Shown here: piece by piece, positions 1-11,528 of the stretch
Layout: each line of letters opens with the position of its first letter
How positions within the stretch are numbered: the first letter of the stretch is position 1
Source of the DNA: Fimicolochytrium jonesii
Lineage: Eukaryota
Length of the DNA stretch: 64,000 nt
Assembly (NCBI RefSeq): GCF_025526975.1
Contig: NW_026515682.1
Span: 434,001 to 498,000 of the forward strand
Direction: 5' to 3'
Translations under genes and position numbers: made by a program
The notes under the pieces: model-generated
Database searches by the model: none
What the model saw: the letters and a program-made list of their open reading frames with translations, nothing else
Told to the model about the DNA's origin: nothing

Positions 1-39
1 CGGCTGAGACAGGCGATCACGGCCTCCGATCCGCTGCTC

Positions 40-600
40 ATGAATTACCTCCTCGTCGTGAACAAGACATACGATTACGCCCGAAGTCGAGTCAGCATCG
101 TGAAGAAGTTACCACATCCATCAACTGGCATGGGCAACGGGTCGACCCAACATCCCATCATAGAAACGGTCCAAATCGGCGCGGAACATTTAACCCTCGG
201 CGACCTCGTCCGCATCAACCTCCCCGTCCCGCCCCGGCCCGGCCCCAACGGCGCAACCGCGCAAGCAACACTCAACATCCGCGTCGCGCGTCTCGTCGCC
301 ATCCACCACGCGGGTACACCCACCGACCCGGTCACGCTCGGTCTAAAACCGTACGTTGCGCGTGACGCCAAGTTCCCGTATGATATCAGCCACGCGACAT
401 TGGGGATGCGCAACGGGAAGTGGGTCATTTTTGGGGCTGGTGGGGAGGGGAAGTTTGGCGGGGTGGTGGAGCCTGAGGTGGTGATTGGGGTTGACCAGGT
501 GGTGGGGAGGTTTTATCCCCGGTTGACGGGGGTGGATGGGTGGGTGGGCCCGAGGAGAAATGATGGGAGGGTTGCGGCTGAGCCGGAGGAACTGGTGTGA
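40..600 (+). CDS. C-terminal part of a protein resembling the Clr2 (cryptic loci regulator 2) C-terminal domain; 5' end probably outside the window
   Basis: Motifs 'IGAEHLTLGDLVRI' and 'VVGRFY' resemble the GAE..GD.VRL and GRxY motifs of fungal Clr2 C-terminal domains (recognised from memory). Confidence 0.4.
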   Translation: MNYLLVVNKTYDYARSRVSIVKKLPHPSTGMGNGSTQHPIIETVQIGAEHLTLGDLVRINLPVPPRPGPNGATAQATLNIRVARLVAIHHAGTPTDPVTLGLKPYVARDAKFPYDISHATLGMRNGKWVIFGAGGEGKFGGVVEPEVVIGVDQVVGRFYPRLTGVDGWVGPRRNDGRVAAEPEELV

Positions 601-1294
601 GTTTTGGAAGAAAGGAAGTGAACGTTATGATTGGCATGGGTATGGGAACATGGATAGGACCCTTGAGGAAGACGTGGGGATTGAAGCGTTACCTGATGGC
701 TCGCGAGAAGCAAAATAATGCCCCCTCTGTCGGAATCCTTCTAGTATAGACAGATCCTAGGCACCAAAATTACTGCAGGTCCAGAGTAGGGGAGGCCTCG
801 ATGCCCGGCTTGTAAACAATATGTAGGCCCACGTTTTACCACGATGTCCGTCCGTCAATCTCCGAGCGGCGTATGGTTGCTTCCGTGGAAAGTAAACTAG
901 AGTTCTACAGGTTCAGCTAAGCGAACGGGTCTTGTCTGAGGATGTTCTAGTCTTCACCACATCTAAACCCCGCACTCAACTACGGCTCCTAGCCTCTCGT
1001 CTGCGAGTTTTAATGCCCCTCTCTGCCGCATCCCCGCCTGTTTGCTCTTAAACCCCACTTCCGGGCCCTCGGACAGCTTATCGAGCCGCCCGACCTCCCG
1101 TCTTATTGAATGGAACATGGATGTGATTCCGAGAAAGCCGGCTGTTCGTTTGATGCGGTTGGAAATCTGCTGTCCTTCCTATCGTTACCCGCTGGACGTA
1201 ACACCATCAATAATCCGCTCCTCACGTCTGCGAACCTCAACCCATCCATCATATCGAATCTCAACTTCCATACTTCACAACCCCACATCCCCAC

Positions 1295-1846
1295 TCACTC
1301 CCTAACCAACGCAACCCCGTTGATACAATACCGTTCCCCAGTCGGCATCGGCCCATCCCTAAACACATGCCCCAAATGTGAGTGGCATTTCGCACACACG
1401 ACCTCTGTCGCGCGCATCAGGCCTTGCCAATCGGGTCGGGTGTGTATCGCCGCTGCCAGTGGTGATCGCCCATCTGAATCTATTGATGAAGTTGGAAGCG
1501 TCGCAGGCTGGTAGAACGACGGCCACCCCGTCCGGCTATCGAACTGAGCGGCGGATTCAAAGACGGGGTGGTTGCAGGCTTTGCAGCGGTATAAATGGTT
1601 ATCGTCGGCATCAGTTGGTTGTTTGTGGGCATATGGGGATGTGAATGGAACTTCCGTGCCTTTTTTGCGAAGGACGTTGTATTCTGCGGGTGTGAGGGAG
1701 TTTTTCCACTCGGCTTCGTTTCGTGTGAAGGCGGGCGATGCGCGGGTTTGTGTGGGCGAGCGACGGGGGGAGAGGAGGGTGTAGGTTGCTGCGGAGGCGG
1801 TGAGGATGGCGGCGCTGGAGAGCAGGAGTTTGGTTTGGCGGTGCAT
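1295..1846 (-). CDS. msrB: Peptide methionine-R-sulfoxide reductase (MsrB/SelR), with a possible N-terminal targeting peptide
   Basis: LTPAEYNVLRKKGTEVPF, CKAC, FDSRTGWPSF, EVVCAKCHSHLGHVF.DGP.PTGERYCING. Confidence 0.96.
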   Translation of the reverse strand: MHRQTKLLLSSAAILTASAATYTLLSPRRSPTQTRASPAFTRNEAEWKNSLTPAEYNVLRKKGTEVPFTSPYAHKQPTDADDNHLYRCKACNHPVFESAAQFDSRTGWPSFYQPATLPTSSIDSDGRSPLAAAIHTRPDWQGLMRATEVVCAKCHSHLGHVFRDGPMPTGERYCINGVALVRE

Positions 1847-2638
1847 GTTGTTCGTATGGAGTATCTATTGTAGACGAGATGGATCAGACTTATTAAAGCC
1901 TGCGCAACGCTCACGTGATGAAACCCACGTGATGGAACGCTTTCTCGGACGCTCTTTTGGCCACCTGTACCGTACAGTACACCCTTCTGGTACTACTGTA
2001 ATTGCATTCTGACAACACTGGCGCTTTGGCACAGTTGAATATTGCTCTCCTTGCAGACGTGCAGGTAGCGAGTTCAATTCCCACTCCCAGACAACTTCTT
2101 TGTTCAGATTATGACCCCTGTCGCGCTAGGCGCGGCGTGGTAACTACTGTCGCGCTCGGCGCTTCGTGGGTGTTAACTGAACAGCACAACTACCGTAGGT
2201 ACTATGTATCGCAACAGAAAGCAACCTTACCCACTCTCAAACAGCTCGAGCCACGACCATTTTTCCTCTGCCTCACGGTCCCTTTCGTTTTATTCCTGCT
2301 GAAACGGGTTGTTTATAAACACTCCCTCTCAGACTGCAGATCGAATTCAGTTGCCGTCGCCGTCGTAGTCGCTCTGCATTCTGATCTCATGGACCGTTCC
2401 GCTCTCAACTCCCGCGATCGATGGAGACAGCCCGGAATAGGGGCAGCCTCGCGATTCGCTCTATGAGAGAGCGTGTGTCAGGAGCAGTGGAGATGGCGGA
2501 GACAGTTGTCTCGGAGACAATGATGAACTCACCCTCATGCAAATGCATGATCCTCCTCCTCCCACAACTCGGAGCCCGCTGTCTCGTCGCCACCAGATGT
2601 AGATCCGTATGATGACACGGACTCCGAGTGTGGGACCC

Positions 2639-2913
2639 TGTAACGTCAGAGGAAATGTAGACGATATTGCGCCCTTCTGAGAGGGCTGAGAACAGTGTAT
2701 TGTAGTGAAGAAAAAAGTAAGAGGCTCTTCGCAGCGGCCGCTCGACTGACAGCTTTATATATGGGCTGCCAGTGGGGCTTGCGTGGCTTCAGTGAGGCTT
2801 GGCACCTTATGTAATGTATCACCGAGAGCGCGGGTGGCCAGCCCGGATCTCGGATCAAGTAGAAGTAGAGAGATATAATGTGAAATACATGTGAAGATGA
2901 GATATCCCCGACA
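2639..2913 (-). repeat. LTR of family A (complete, 275 bp)
   Basis: TGTAACGTCAGAGG...ATATCCCCGACA. Near-identical copies lie at 8444-8508 (partial) and 12067-12335. Confidence 0.95.
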
Positions 2914-3274
2914 CCTCCCTCAGATCCTGAGGAGGGCGCCGCATAAATAAGAGGTGAACTACGAGGGATATGTGAAGAAAGGGAGAGCTCATGTTCATTT
3001 TAAAGTGTTGACGCACTTGTTCATTTTATAGTGTTGACGCACTGTGTGATGTGTGTGTTTGAGGCAAAAGCGTCCCTAAGCCGACGTCGTGTGTGATGTG
3101 TGTGTGTAAGGTCGGTTCTTGCGTCGCCGCGCGTGATGTGATGTAGTTTATGTCGCTATTGCCAGCGGTGTGATTGATAGTGAGCAGTTGTTGCGGCGTC
3201 GCGCATGTGATGTGATATGAGATGCTCTATGCTGTTTGTCTCCGTATCCACAAAGATTGTGGGTGAGCTTTTCG

Positions 3275-4587
3275 TTATCGTTTGTAGGCAGGCGTGTAGC
3301 AAAGTGCGGATTTGGGTTCCCAAGTAGGGTCTGGATAACCGAGCCATTTGACTAGAAGATTTCGTACGGCGCGTCGCTCGTCGATGATGTCTTCTACAAC
3401 CCATTCAGGTTGTCCGTGTTCTTCGATTGGTGGAGGAGGCTGTGGAACTGCACGTTGCGGATATTGCTCTTCGCAATGTGGTCGTAAAATATCGACGTGA
3501 AAGATGGGCCAGATGCCGCTGATCTTTGATGGTGATAAATCGAGTTCGTAGGTATCAGGATGTGCTCCCAGTGCGATGATTTTGAATGGTCCGATCCACG
3601 TAGCTGAGTATCGTAGTCCTCTTCGAGCGTCTACTTCTAGGTTGCCAATTCTGTATGCGATTGGCGTTCGACCTTTGTCGTGTTCCCGTGCGAATTGATC
3701 TTGCGATCTCTGAAGGTTTTCGCGTACGATACGGGCGATGTCTTCCTGCCCTTTCTTGAAGAGTTCGATTTCGTTTCGATTTACAGCTCGAAGTTTGAGT
3801 TCTTGTCCTTCGAGAATTGGATTCCAACCCGGGAGGATTGGAGAGCGTCCGAGATCTACTTCGAATGGCGATAAACCTTCATATTCCCCCTCGGAGCGGT
3901 ATTGTATGCGAATTTGATTAAAGGCAATAGTTTCTTCCAATTGCTTTTGTCGTAGTTGAGGTATTGCTTCCAAATCCTTTTCAGGGTTTGGATGGCTCGC
4001 TCAACTTTGCCGTCAGTTTGCTGATGACAAGCCGTAGCAAGTTTGTGTTTTACACCGAGGAGAATATCGAATGCGAGGAAGAAGTCGGAACGTGCGCAAG
4101 GTTCGCGATCCGTAACAAAGACTTTTGGCGTACCGACATGTTTCCAAACATGATCTAGAAAGACTTGGGCTAGTTTGCGTCCAGTAATCGTCTTCTTAAT
4201 CGGTGTCAGAATCACATGTCCGGAAAGATAATCAATGCAGACAAGACAAGAGTTTGTTTCATCTACTTCGAAAATGTTGAATCCGACCGTGTGCCATCTT
4301 CCAAAAGGTATAGGAAGAGGTCAGAGAAATTCGTATCGACGATGACCAGGTTTGAATTGTCGACAGGATTAGCAAGTTCCAACGTATTTGATGACGTCGG
4401 AGCGTACGGTAGGCCAGTAATAGTCCGTAAGAATTCTTGCGAGAGTCTTCTTAACATTGAGATGTCCTCCGGTGGCGAGTTCGACATGGAATTTCCGCAA
4501 AATCTTTGGGCAAATGTCTTCAGGAACGTATAGACGTCCTTCGTGTCGTACTAATCCATTTTCGAACGTATAACGGAGTTCTTTCAA
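3275..4587 (-). pseudogene. Integrase plus C-terminal chromodomain of retroelement A, broken by frameshifts and stops
   Basis: GGHLNVKKT..YYWP..DV..YVGTC zinc-binding region, VTDRE core, HQQTDGKVER, WIGPFKI (GPF/Y), chromodomain EWVVEDIIDER..LVKWLGYPDPTWEP. The domain is split over three ORFs. Confidence 0.93.
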
Positions 4588-4608
4588 AGTTTTCTCGTGT
4601 TGGGGATT

Positions 4609-6360
4609 TCAAGAAATTTCATCGAGATAATCCGAATATGGATCTTCGCGTAGCGCTTTTTTCCATACTTCTTCTGAGCAAGTAGGTGAGTTTTGTGGAT
4701 CGTCTGTCGTAGCGTTGGAGGAAGGTTCGTTGACAAGCATACTGCTGATCTGCGTATGCATGTCGAGGCGTCGTTGACAATCTACACACCGAGGCGCATA
4801 GATTGGATTGCGGGAGAGCATGTCGGCGATATGATTCCATTGTCCAGGTAAATACTGGATGTCAAAATCATACTCTTGTAGCTTCTCCACCCAATTGGCT
4901 TGTCTTCTGCTCAAATGTGGTTGCGTTTGGATGAATTCGAGTCCCTTGTGATCGCTAAAACATTGAAAGTAACGACCGATGAGATATGGTCGCTTGGCGA
5001 CCAACATCTTGACAAGAGCTAAGAGCTCCTGTTCGTGCGTAGGATATTGAGTTTCTGCGTCCTTCATCTTTCTAGAGAAGAAGACAACAGGCCGGAGCCG
5101 GGGTAACTTCTTCCATTGTCCGACAAGCGTAGGCAGATTTGTAGGGATCGTTTCATTGCCAGAAGGTTGTCCAATCCAGCGAGCGATAGCGTAGCCTGAT
5201 GAGTCAGTATAGACGTAAATTGGCTTGGTTTCATCGATTGTTGCTAGGGTAGGCGCATTGATCAACGCTTCTTTCAACTTTTGAAATGCCTCTTGTTGCT
5301 CAGGACCCCATCGAAATTTGACTTTCAAAGATTGAATACTTGATAGGGGCAGAGCGATGTCCGAATAACCTTGTACGAAGTCGAGGAAATAGTTTGTGAA
5401 CCCGAGAAAGCTTTGAAATCCTTTTGTTGACTTTGGAGTAGCCCAATCTTTGATAGCTTGGATTTTCGAGGGCGCGATGCGAACACCATGTCTTCCAACA
5501 ATATGTCCACACCATTCGAGTTCTTGTTTAGCCCATACGCACTTTGAAGGATTGATGAAAAGGGCGTGTTCTTCAAGTTTCTTCAGGATACGATCGACGT
5601 GTTCCCGATGTTCGGCTAAGGTCTTCGAGAAAATAAAAATGTCGTCCAGGTAAGTAGCGAGAAATTCATGGTAATCTTTATGGAAGATCTTATTCATAAG
5701 ACGTTGAAATGAAGCAGGTGCGTTGGTAAGCCCGAACGGCATGACCAAATACTCAAAATGTCCGAAGCTAGTTTGTATTGCTGTTTTTTCTTGATCTTGT
5801 TTTCGTATAAGAAGACGATGGTATGCTTCTCGAATATCGATAAGCGTAAACCATTTACAACCTTGAATTCGATCCCTCATCTCACGAATATTGGGTAAAG
5901 GAGTGCGATCTTTCTTGGTGACGGCGTTGAGACCTCGGTAGTCCCAACAGATGCGTAATCCGCCATCTTTCTTTTTCGCAAAGACGACACTAGCTCCCCA
6001 GGGACTTGAGGAGTGTTGTATCCATCCTTTTCCGAGCATCGAGGTGATTTGTTTCTTAAGTTCAGCGAGTTCTTCTTTGTTCATGTGCCGAAGAGGTTGC
6101 CAAACGGGTTCAGCACCTTCAGTGAGTTCGATCTTGAAATTATCTTCTCCGCGATCAGGGGGTAGACCTTCCTGTTCCTTGAAAAGCGTATTGACGTATT
6201 TATTTAGGATATCCTTAAGATGTCCTGGATTTCCTTTAAGCTCTTGAGGAGCGTCCGGTATTTTGTTAAGAGCAAGGCAACAGACCATGTCTTTTTCAAA
6301 CTTGTTCCGTTGCCAAGCCTTATTGAATCCCTTGGAAGTCATTTCTATGATGAAGGGCAT
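4609..6360 (-). CDS. Reverse transcriptase-RNase H of retroelement A
   Basis: KKDGGLRICWDYRGLN, VMPFGLTNAPASFQ, YLDD, YTDSSG, HEQELLAL, SDHKGL. Confidence 0.96.
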   Translation of the reverse strand: MPFIIEMTSKGFNKAWQRNKFEKDMVCCLALNKIPDAPQELKGNPGHLKDILNKYVNTLFKEQEGLPPDRGEDNFKIELTEGAEPVWQPLRHMNKEELAELKKQITSMLGKGWIQHSSSPWGASVVFAKKKDGGLRICWDYRGLNAVTKKDRTPLPNIREMRDRIQGCKWFTLIDIREAYHRLLIRKQDQEKTAIQTSFGHFEYLVMPFGLTNAPASFQRLMNKIFHKDYHEFLATYLDDIFIFSKTLAEHREHVDRILKKLEEHALFINPSKCVWAKQELEWCGHIVGRHGVRIAPSKIQAIKDWATPKSTKGFQSFLGFTNYFLDFVQGYSDIALPLSSIQSLKVKFRWGPEQQEAFQKLKEALINAPTLATIDETKPIYVYTDSSGYAIARWIGQPSGNETIPTNLPTLVGQWKKLPRLRPVVFFSRKMKDAETQYPTHEQELLALVKMLVAKRPYLIGRYFQCFSDHKGLEFIQTQPHLSRRQANWVEKLQEYDFDIQYLPGQWNHIADMLSRNPIYAPRCVDCQRRLDMHTQISSMLVNEPSSNATTDDPQNSPTCSEEVWKKALREDPYSDYLDEIS

Positions 6361-7011
6361 TGGCTTGAGCGAATCGAGATACGTAATGAGGTGCGGCTTG
6401 TAGAGGACGAGTATCCACAGGTTTAATGATCCGAACAGGTCGAACGGGTCTTTTGTCTATGACTGGATCTTGTTGCACATTGAAGTAAGGGTTGTTGTGT
6501 TTCGGGATGTATTCGACGTCTTCCTAGTTTCTTGAAGTTCTTTTGCACTTGATGGTGACAGACTGCGGTGCGTTTGGTATAGGGCCGTAATTGGTCCAGC
6601 AAAGGATAGGTAAGGTACTCATCGAGATTTGTTCATCGTAATTAAAGAAACGCCAGAAAGGCATTCCAATAATAGCGTCGTAAGCCAGATTACTGACTAG
6701 CCAGGGAAGTTGTCCAACTAAGAAAAGCAACTGAGATTCGAGACTTTTCTGAAACGACCGTGTCGAGAAGCATGTATGATTCTTTGTCGGCCAGCCATAT
6801 CTGCTTCGGTTCGATACGTTCCTTGGGAAATTTGTGCTTTTCAACGAATGTCTTATCAAGGAATAACCCAGTTGCACCGCTATCAAAAAGAACACGAGCA
6901 AACTTGTTTCCGATGCGACAATGAGAGACCCAGAGTCCAGCAGACAGTGGTTCGAAGACGGTTTATCGGTAGGATCGTATGTTGTAGGCCGAGCAGGGCT
7001 ACCGAGGGGCT

Positions 7012-8349
7012 CTATCGACCTTCAAAAAAACACGAAGATTGATTTGTAGTAGTATTCGTAGTATTCGCAGAGTTGACGGCGTCATCGAGAATTTCCGTAA
7101 TGCGTGACCCAGCATCAACCTGATTGGCTGAACCTTGTTGTTGATTAGGTTGGCGACTGCGCTGCGGAGTTTGAGCGCCACAACCGCGCTGTCGAAAACC
7201 ACCGCGTCGGTTCTGGATTTGCGAGCCTTGCTGTCGATTTTCGGGATTTGACCAGCATTCAACTCTCCAAAGTCCCATTTTATTACAAAGGGGACAAGGA
7301 GTCGTTGGACGTTGACGAGGAACGTGCGTAGTTTGCCATTGTCCACATCGACAAAAGGGCTGTTGACGTTGGTAGGGAACTTGACCTGTAGTGAGACAAC
7401 TCACTCCAGTGGGATAGTATGACGTACCGAGGGCATTGAGCCCAAAGGTCATATCATCTAAGTCTTGCTCGAATTCCGTAATTCGAGGATTGGTGTACGG
7501 GGCAAATCGTCCGCCACGACCACCGCCACGACTACCCCAACCGCGACTGGCTCCACGGCCGCCACAAGCACTGGTTGCCGAGGCAACCGGACGAGGTGTA
7601 TTGGCTTGGTTGCCATCAGTGAACCCATGAGCCACATGAGCACGACGGGCTGCAGTGATAGCTTGATCGAGAGTGATAGGGGTGTTGATGTTGGTAGTCT
7701 GCGAGACTTTGAAGTTCGTAGCGGCTTCAACGAGATAATGACCGATTACCGTATTCTTGAGAAGACCGGCCTTGAAGTATCAAATCTGATCGATAAGGGG
7801 AATGGTGCCTTGACTGTTATCGAGACGATGAGCGGCTTCGAGCTCATTATTGGTGTCTTGAAACTCCTTGAGATATTTCTCGAGAGAGTCACCGAGCTTG
7901 AGGCGGGAGAGCTTGAGCTCAATAGTATTACGCGAGTTGCGAGGATAAAAGTGAGCGACAAGAGCCGTTTGAAAAGCTGTCCAACTCGCGGGAGCGCCAG
8001 TAGCGTAGGTCATATTGTACCACTTGAGAGCAGTACCCTTGAGGTAGGTAGTGAGTGTAGGAGCGTACTCTGCCATAGTAAAGGCTATGGCGTTCGCAGC
8101 TCCAGTACCGTCTGGTCCAGCTTGTACAGCCAGGACCGTGAGACACTCGAGCAAATTGCTGTGAGACGTAACAAACTCTTCGATCTTCTTGGCAGCTTTG
8201 GCGCCATCGTATTCGACGAGCTTGTTCTTGCAAGCGTCCATAAGAAGTTTGAAACGTTTGGCTCGTTGGACGTCCTGCGTAACAGCACGGTCCCAAGTAG
8301 CGAAAGCAGCTGCGACAGCCGCAACGATAGCTTGAGTTTGTTGGTCCAT
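7012..8349 (-). pseudogene. Gag of retroelement A (capsid plus Cys/His knuckle region), interrupted by stops
   Basis: LKGTALKWY...SWTAFQTALVAHF retrotransposon Gag motif, an RGG-rich segment and a CPLC...C knuckle. It lies between the PBS and pol. Confidence 0.85.
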
Positions 8350-8508
8350 TCTTGCTTGTGAACGAGTGTACGGGCGACGTCCGGTAGAGGGGCGACATTG
8401 ACAAGGAATGCCTTGGTGATTCTAGCGGTAGGTGGTGCTACCATGTAACGTCCGAGGAACCGTAGACGATATTGGGCCCTTCTGAGAGGGCTGAGAGCAG
8501 TGTATTGT

Positions 8509-10474
8509 CCTGGTCAGGTTGGAGGAGAACTGCGCCGAGAGCAAAGTCGGAGGCGTCAGTTTCGACGACGAATGGCTTCTCTGGGTCAGGGTGAGCAAGG
8601 ATGGGGGCGGTGGTGAATGATTTCTTCAGGTTCTCAAAGGCGGTGTTTGCAGCGGGCGTCCAGGCGTACGGGATGTCTTTCCGGGTCAGGGCTGTGAGCG
8701 GGGTAGCGATCTTGGAATAACCTTGGATGAATCGGCAATAGAAGTTGGCAAAGCCGAGGAAGCGCTGGACGCCTTTGACATTCTTGGGAGGTTCCCAATC
8801 CGTGATGGCAGCGATCTTCTTGAAGTCCATCTGGATGCCTTTCTCGGAGATGATGAAGGCTAGGAACTCGACAGATTCGCGGTCAAATTCGCACTTCTCG
8901 GGTTTGGCGTACAACCCATGCTGGCGGAGGCGGGACAAGACTTCGCGGACGTGCTTGGGGTGATCTTCGGGGTTCTTGGAGAATATCAGGATATCATCAA
9001 GGTAGACAACAACAAACACATCGAGAATGTCGCGGAAGATGTCGTTCATCAGGTACTGGAAAACACCAGGAGCATTGCTGAGTCCAAAGGGCATGACATT
9101 GTATTCGAATAGGCCGTAGCGGCAGCGGAAGGCGGTCTTCCATTCATCGCCCGGGCGCATGCGTAAGAGGTTGTAAGCGCCGCGGAGGTCGATCTTGGTG
9201 AGACGGCGGGCACCGCGCAAACGGTCCATGATACCGTTGATCAGGGGCAGGGGGTAGCGATTCTTCACCGTGATGCTGTTCAGGCCTCGATAATCGACGC
9301 AGAGGCGGAGAGAACTGTCCTTTTTCTTCACGAATAAGACTGGCGCACCGGCAGGGGACTTTGAGGGTTTGATGAATCCTTTGGCGAGGTTTTCTTCGAG
9401 GTATTCCCAGAGTGCTTTCATTTCTGGTTCGCTGAGGCTGTAGATCGGGCCGAAAGGTGGCTGCTTGCCTTCTTCCAGATCGATTGGACAGTCGTAGGGC
9501 CGGTGCTCGGGGAGAGTGTCAGCATTTTTCTTTTCGAAAACGTCGGCGAAATCTTGATATTCGGGGGGCAGGAAGTCTTTGATGTTTTTCTCGGGTGTCG
9601 GGGGGTTACTGGGGCTAGGCAAGACCGGGAGCTCGGGTTTCGCAGGGTTGGCGTAGGCGACAAAGACCTGGTCATGCCTTGCAGCGACCCGGAAGGCTGG
9701 GGTGGAGATGAACGAGACTCGGAGCGGCATGGGAGCCGGTTCTGGGGTGCTGGAGCGAGATACCTTGGGTACTGGAATTGACCATGTTTTGTCGACGGGG
9801 ACTTCATCCTGGGGGATGCGGATCAAGGGCTCGGGGGTTCTGGCAGGTGCTGGGCTCGGGGGTGCCAGGGAGTGGTCCCAATTCGTGAGTTCATGGTCCT
9901 GACAGTTGCAATGGAAACCGACCGAAAGGTTCTTGAAGTCAAGGTTAATGTCATGGAGGCGGAGCCAGGGAAGACCAAGGAGGATTGGCGCGTGAGGTGA
10001 TTTGGTGACATGGAAGACGAGTTCTTCGAAGTGGTCGTCGACCCACATGCCTACTGGTTAGGTGTGATGGGTGATTGGCCCAGCAGAGCTGGGTTGACCG
10101 TCAACGAGTTCGATCGTCAGGGGACGCTGATGGGGGACTAGGGGGATGCGGTGTTTGCGGGCAAAGTCTCTGTCGATGAAGCAGGACAGGGCCCCGTTGT
10201 CGATCATGGCTGAGGTAGGTATTGGGGCGCAGCTGGATGATACCATGATGGTATCGTGGTAGTTGAAGGGTTCGACGGGACCCAGCACAAGCAGGGTGCG
10301 TGGGTTAATTTCGGAGTTTTCGACATGGGTGGCGGCTAGGAGGGTTGTGTTGGCTATAACGGAGTCGGGAACCGGGGGGGTGGCCTCTTCCGTTGCAGGA
10401 GCTGCGAGGTTAGGAGGCCCAGAGGAGTGTGTGTAGTCCAGTCGCTGGGGCTTTACTGCGGCTGGACCTTGGGA
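8509..10474 (-). pseudogene. Pol (protease-RT-partial RNase H) of element B, -1 frame relative to gag, with an in-frame stop at 10058-10060
   Basis: Protease AMIDNGA...ILLGLPWL; RT KKDSSLRLCVDYRGLN, MPFGLSNAP, YLDD; RNase H start ETDASDFALGAVL. Confidence 0.93.
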
Positions 10475-11460
10475 AAACCCTGTTCCGTGGAGGTTTCTTT
10501 GATGTCGACGTTGGCGGCACGGGTGGTGGTCTTGTTCTTGGCTGGGCAGGCCTTTGCAATGTGCCCCGCCCCACCGCAGTAGAGGCAGAGGTTGTTGGAA
10601 ATGCGGCGTTGGCGTTCCTGGGGGCTCAGAGGGCCGCGGGGACGAGCGGCGTCAATCTGCATGGGCTCGCTGTGGTCGACGGTGGTGGTAGTGGTAAACG
10701 AGGTATGGGGGACTGGGAAGGTCTGGCGGGTTCTGTTTTGTTCCAGGTGGCGCTCAAACAGTCGGTTATCGCACTGGATAGCCTGCTCCATCACCGTATC
10801 AATGGTGGCAGCAGGAGGCATTGTGAGCATCAGATCCTTCACGTCCTCTTTGAGGCCACGGCGGAAGGTAGCAATCAGGGCCTGGTCATTCCAGGAGACA
10901 TCGCATTGTAGCTGGCGGAACTCGGCGATGTACTCGGTGGCTGCACGGGTTTGGCGAAGGTTCTGGAGCTTGTTCTCAGAGGTGCGGACCCTGTCGCTGT
11001 CCCTGAAGACAGATTGCATCTGACCGATAAAACTATCGAAGTTCTGAAGGCTGTGATCTTGGCGTTCGACTAGGGGCGCCATCCAGGCTTGCGCAGTGCC
11101 GGTGAGGTAGGTGCCAATCGTTTGGATCTTGATGATGTCGCTGGGGTAGCGGTCGGGCTGGAGAGCAAACATCAACCGGATGTTGTTCAACCACCCACGG
11201 AATTTGCTGCAGGTACCATCAAACTTCTCAGGCGAGCTGATTCTTGGCTCCAGAGCTCCGGGAGCAGGGTTGGGGACTTGAGGACGGGTGTACGTATTGG
11301 CTTGGACCTGGGCGGCAATGTTCTGGGCAGCTTGTGCGTTGGCTTGGGCTTGCGCTAGGTTGGCCTGCAAGTTGGCGTTTTGGCTTTGCAAGGCGGCAAT
11401 GGCTTGGCACATATCAGTCCATTGCTCGGCGGTGAAAGGTACGGATTCGGATTGGGACAT
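10453..11460 (-). CDS. Gag of element B (PEG10/RTL1-like capsid with CCHC zinc knuckle)
   Basis: SPEKFDG..FRGW, LTGTAQAW, EPMQID, CLYCGGAGHIAKAC. Likely ATG at 11460 (MSQSES). Confidence 0.93.
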   Translation of the reverse strand: MSQSESVPFTAEQWTDMCQAIAALQSQNANLQANLAQAQANAQAAQNIAAQVQANTYTRPQVPNPAPGALEPRISSPEKFDGTCSKFRGWLNNIRLMFALQPDRYPSDIIKIQTIGTYLTGTAQAWMAPLVERQDHSLQNFDSFIGQMQSVFRDSDRVRTSENKLQNLRQTRAATEYIAEFRQLQCDVSWNDQALIATFRRGLKEDVKDLMLTMPPAATIDTVMEQAIQCDNRLFERHLEQNRTRQTFPVPHTSFTTTTTVDHSEPMQIDAARPRGPLSPQERQRRISNNLCLYCGGAGHIAKACPAKNKTTTRAANVDIKETSTEQGFPKVQPQ

Positions 11461-11528
11461 GGCGAAAAGGTGTGGCAGATGCAGGGTTGGACAGGTTCTG
11501 AACTTCGCAGTGTTGGAGCGGATCAAAC

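Larger units (their letters stand above)
2639..8508 (-). mobile_element. Ty3/Gypsy chromovirus-type LTR retrotransposon A (degenerate)
   Basis: 3' LTR at 2639-2913 (TG...CA), with a polypurine tract on the minus strand at about 2914-2928. Truncated 5' LTR at 8444-8508, followed by a TGGTAGCACC tRNA-Met-type PBS (8434-8443). Internal order is gag, protease, RT-RNaseH, integrase, chromodomain. Confidence 0.95.

Noticed and set aside
2280..2290. 11-nt match (AAACGAAAGGG, minus strand) to the flank of Fanzor copy 1
   Set aside because: It is offset by one base from the TA boundary, is not preceded by CATA, and a hit of this length is plausible by chance in 64 kb.
7465..8361. 298-aa plus-strand ORF
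   Set aside because: Antisense shadow of retroelement A gag with no recognisable motifs.
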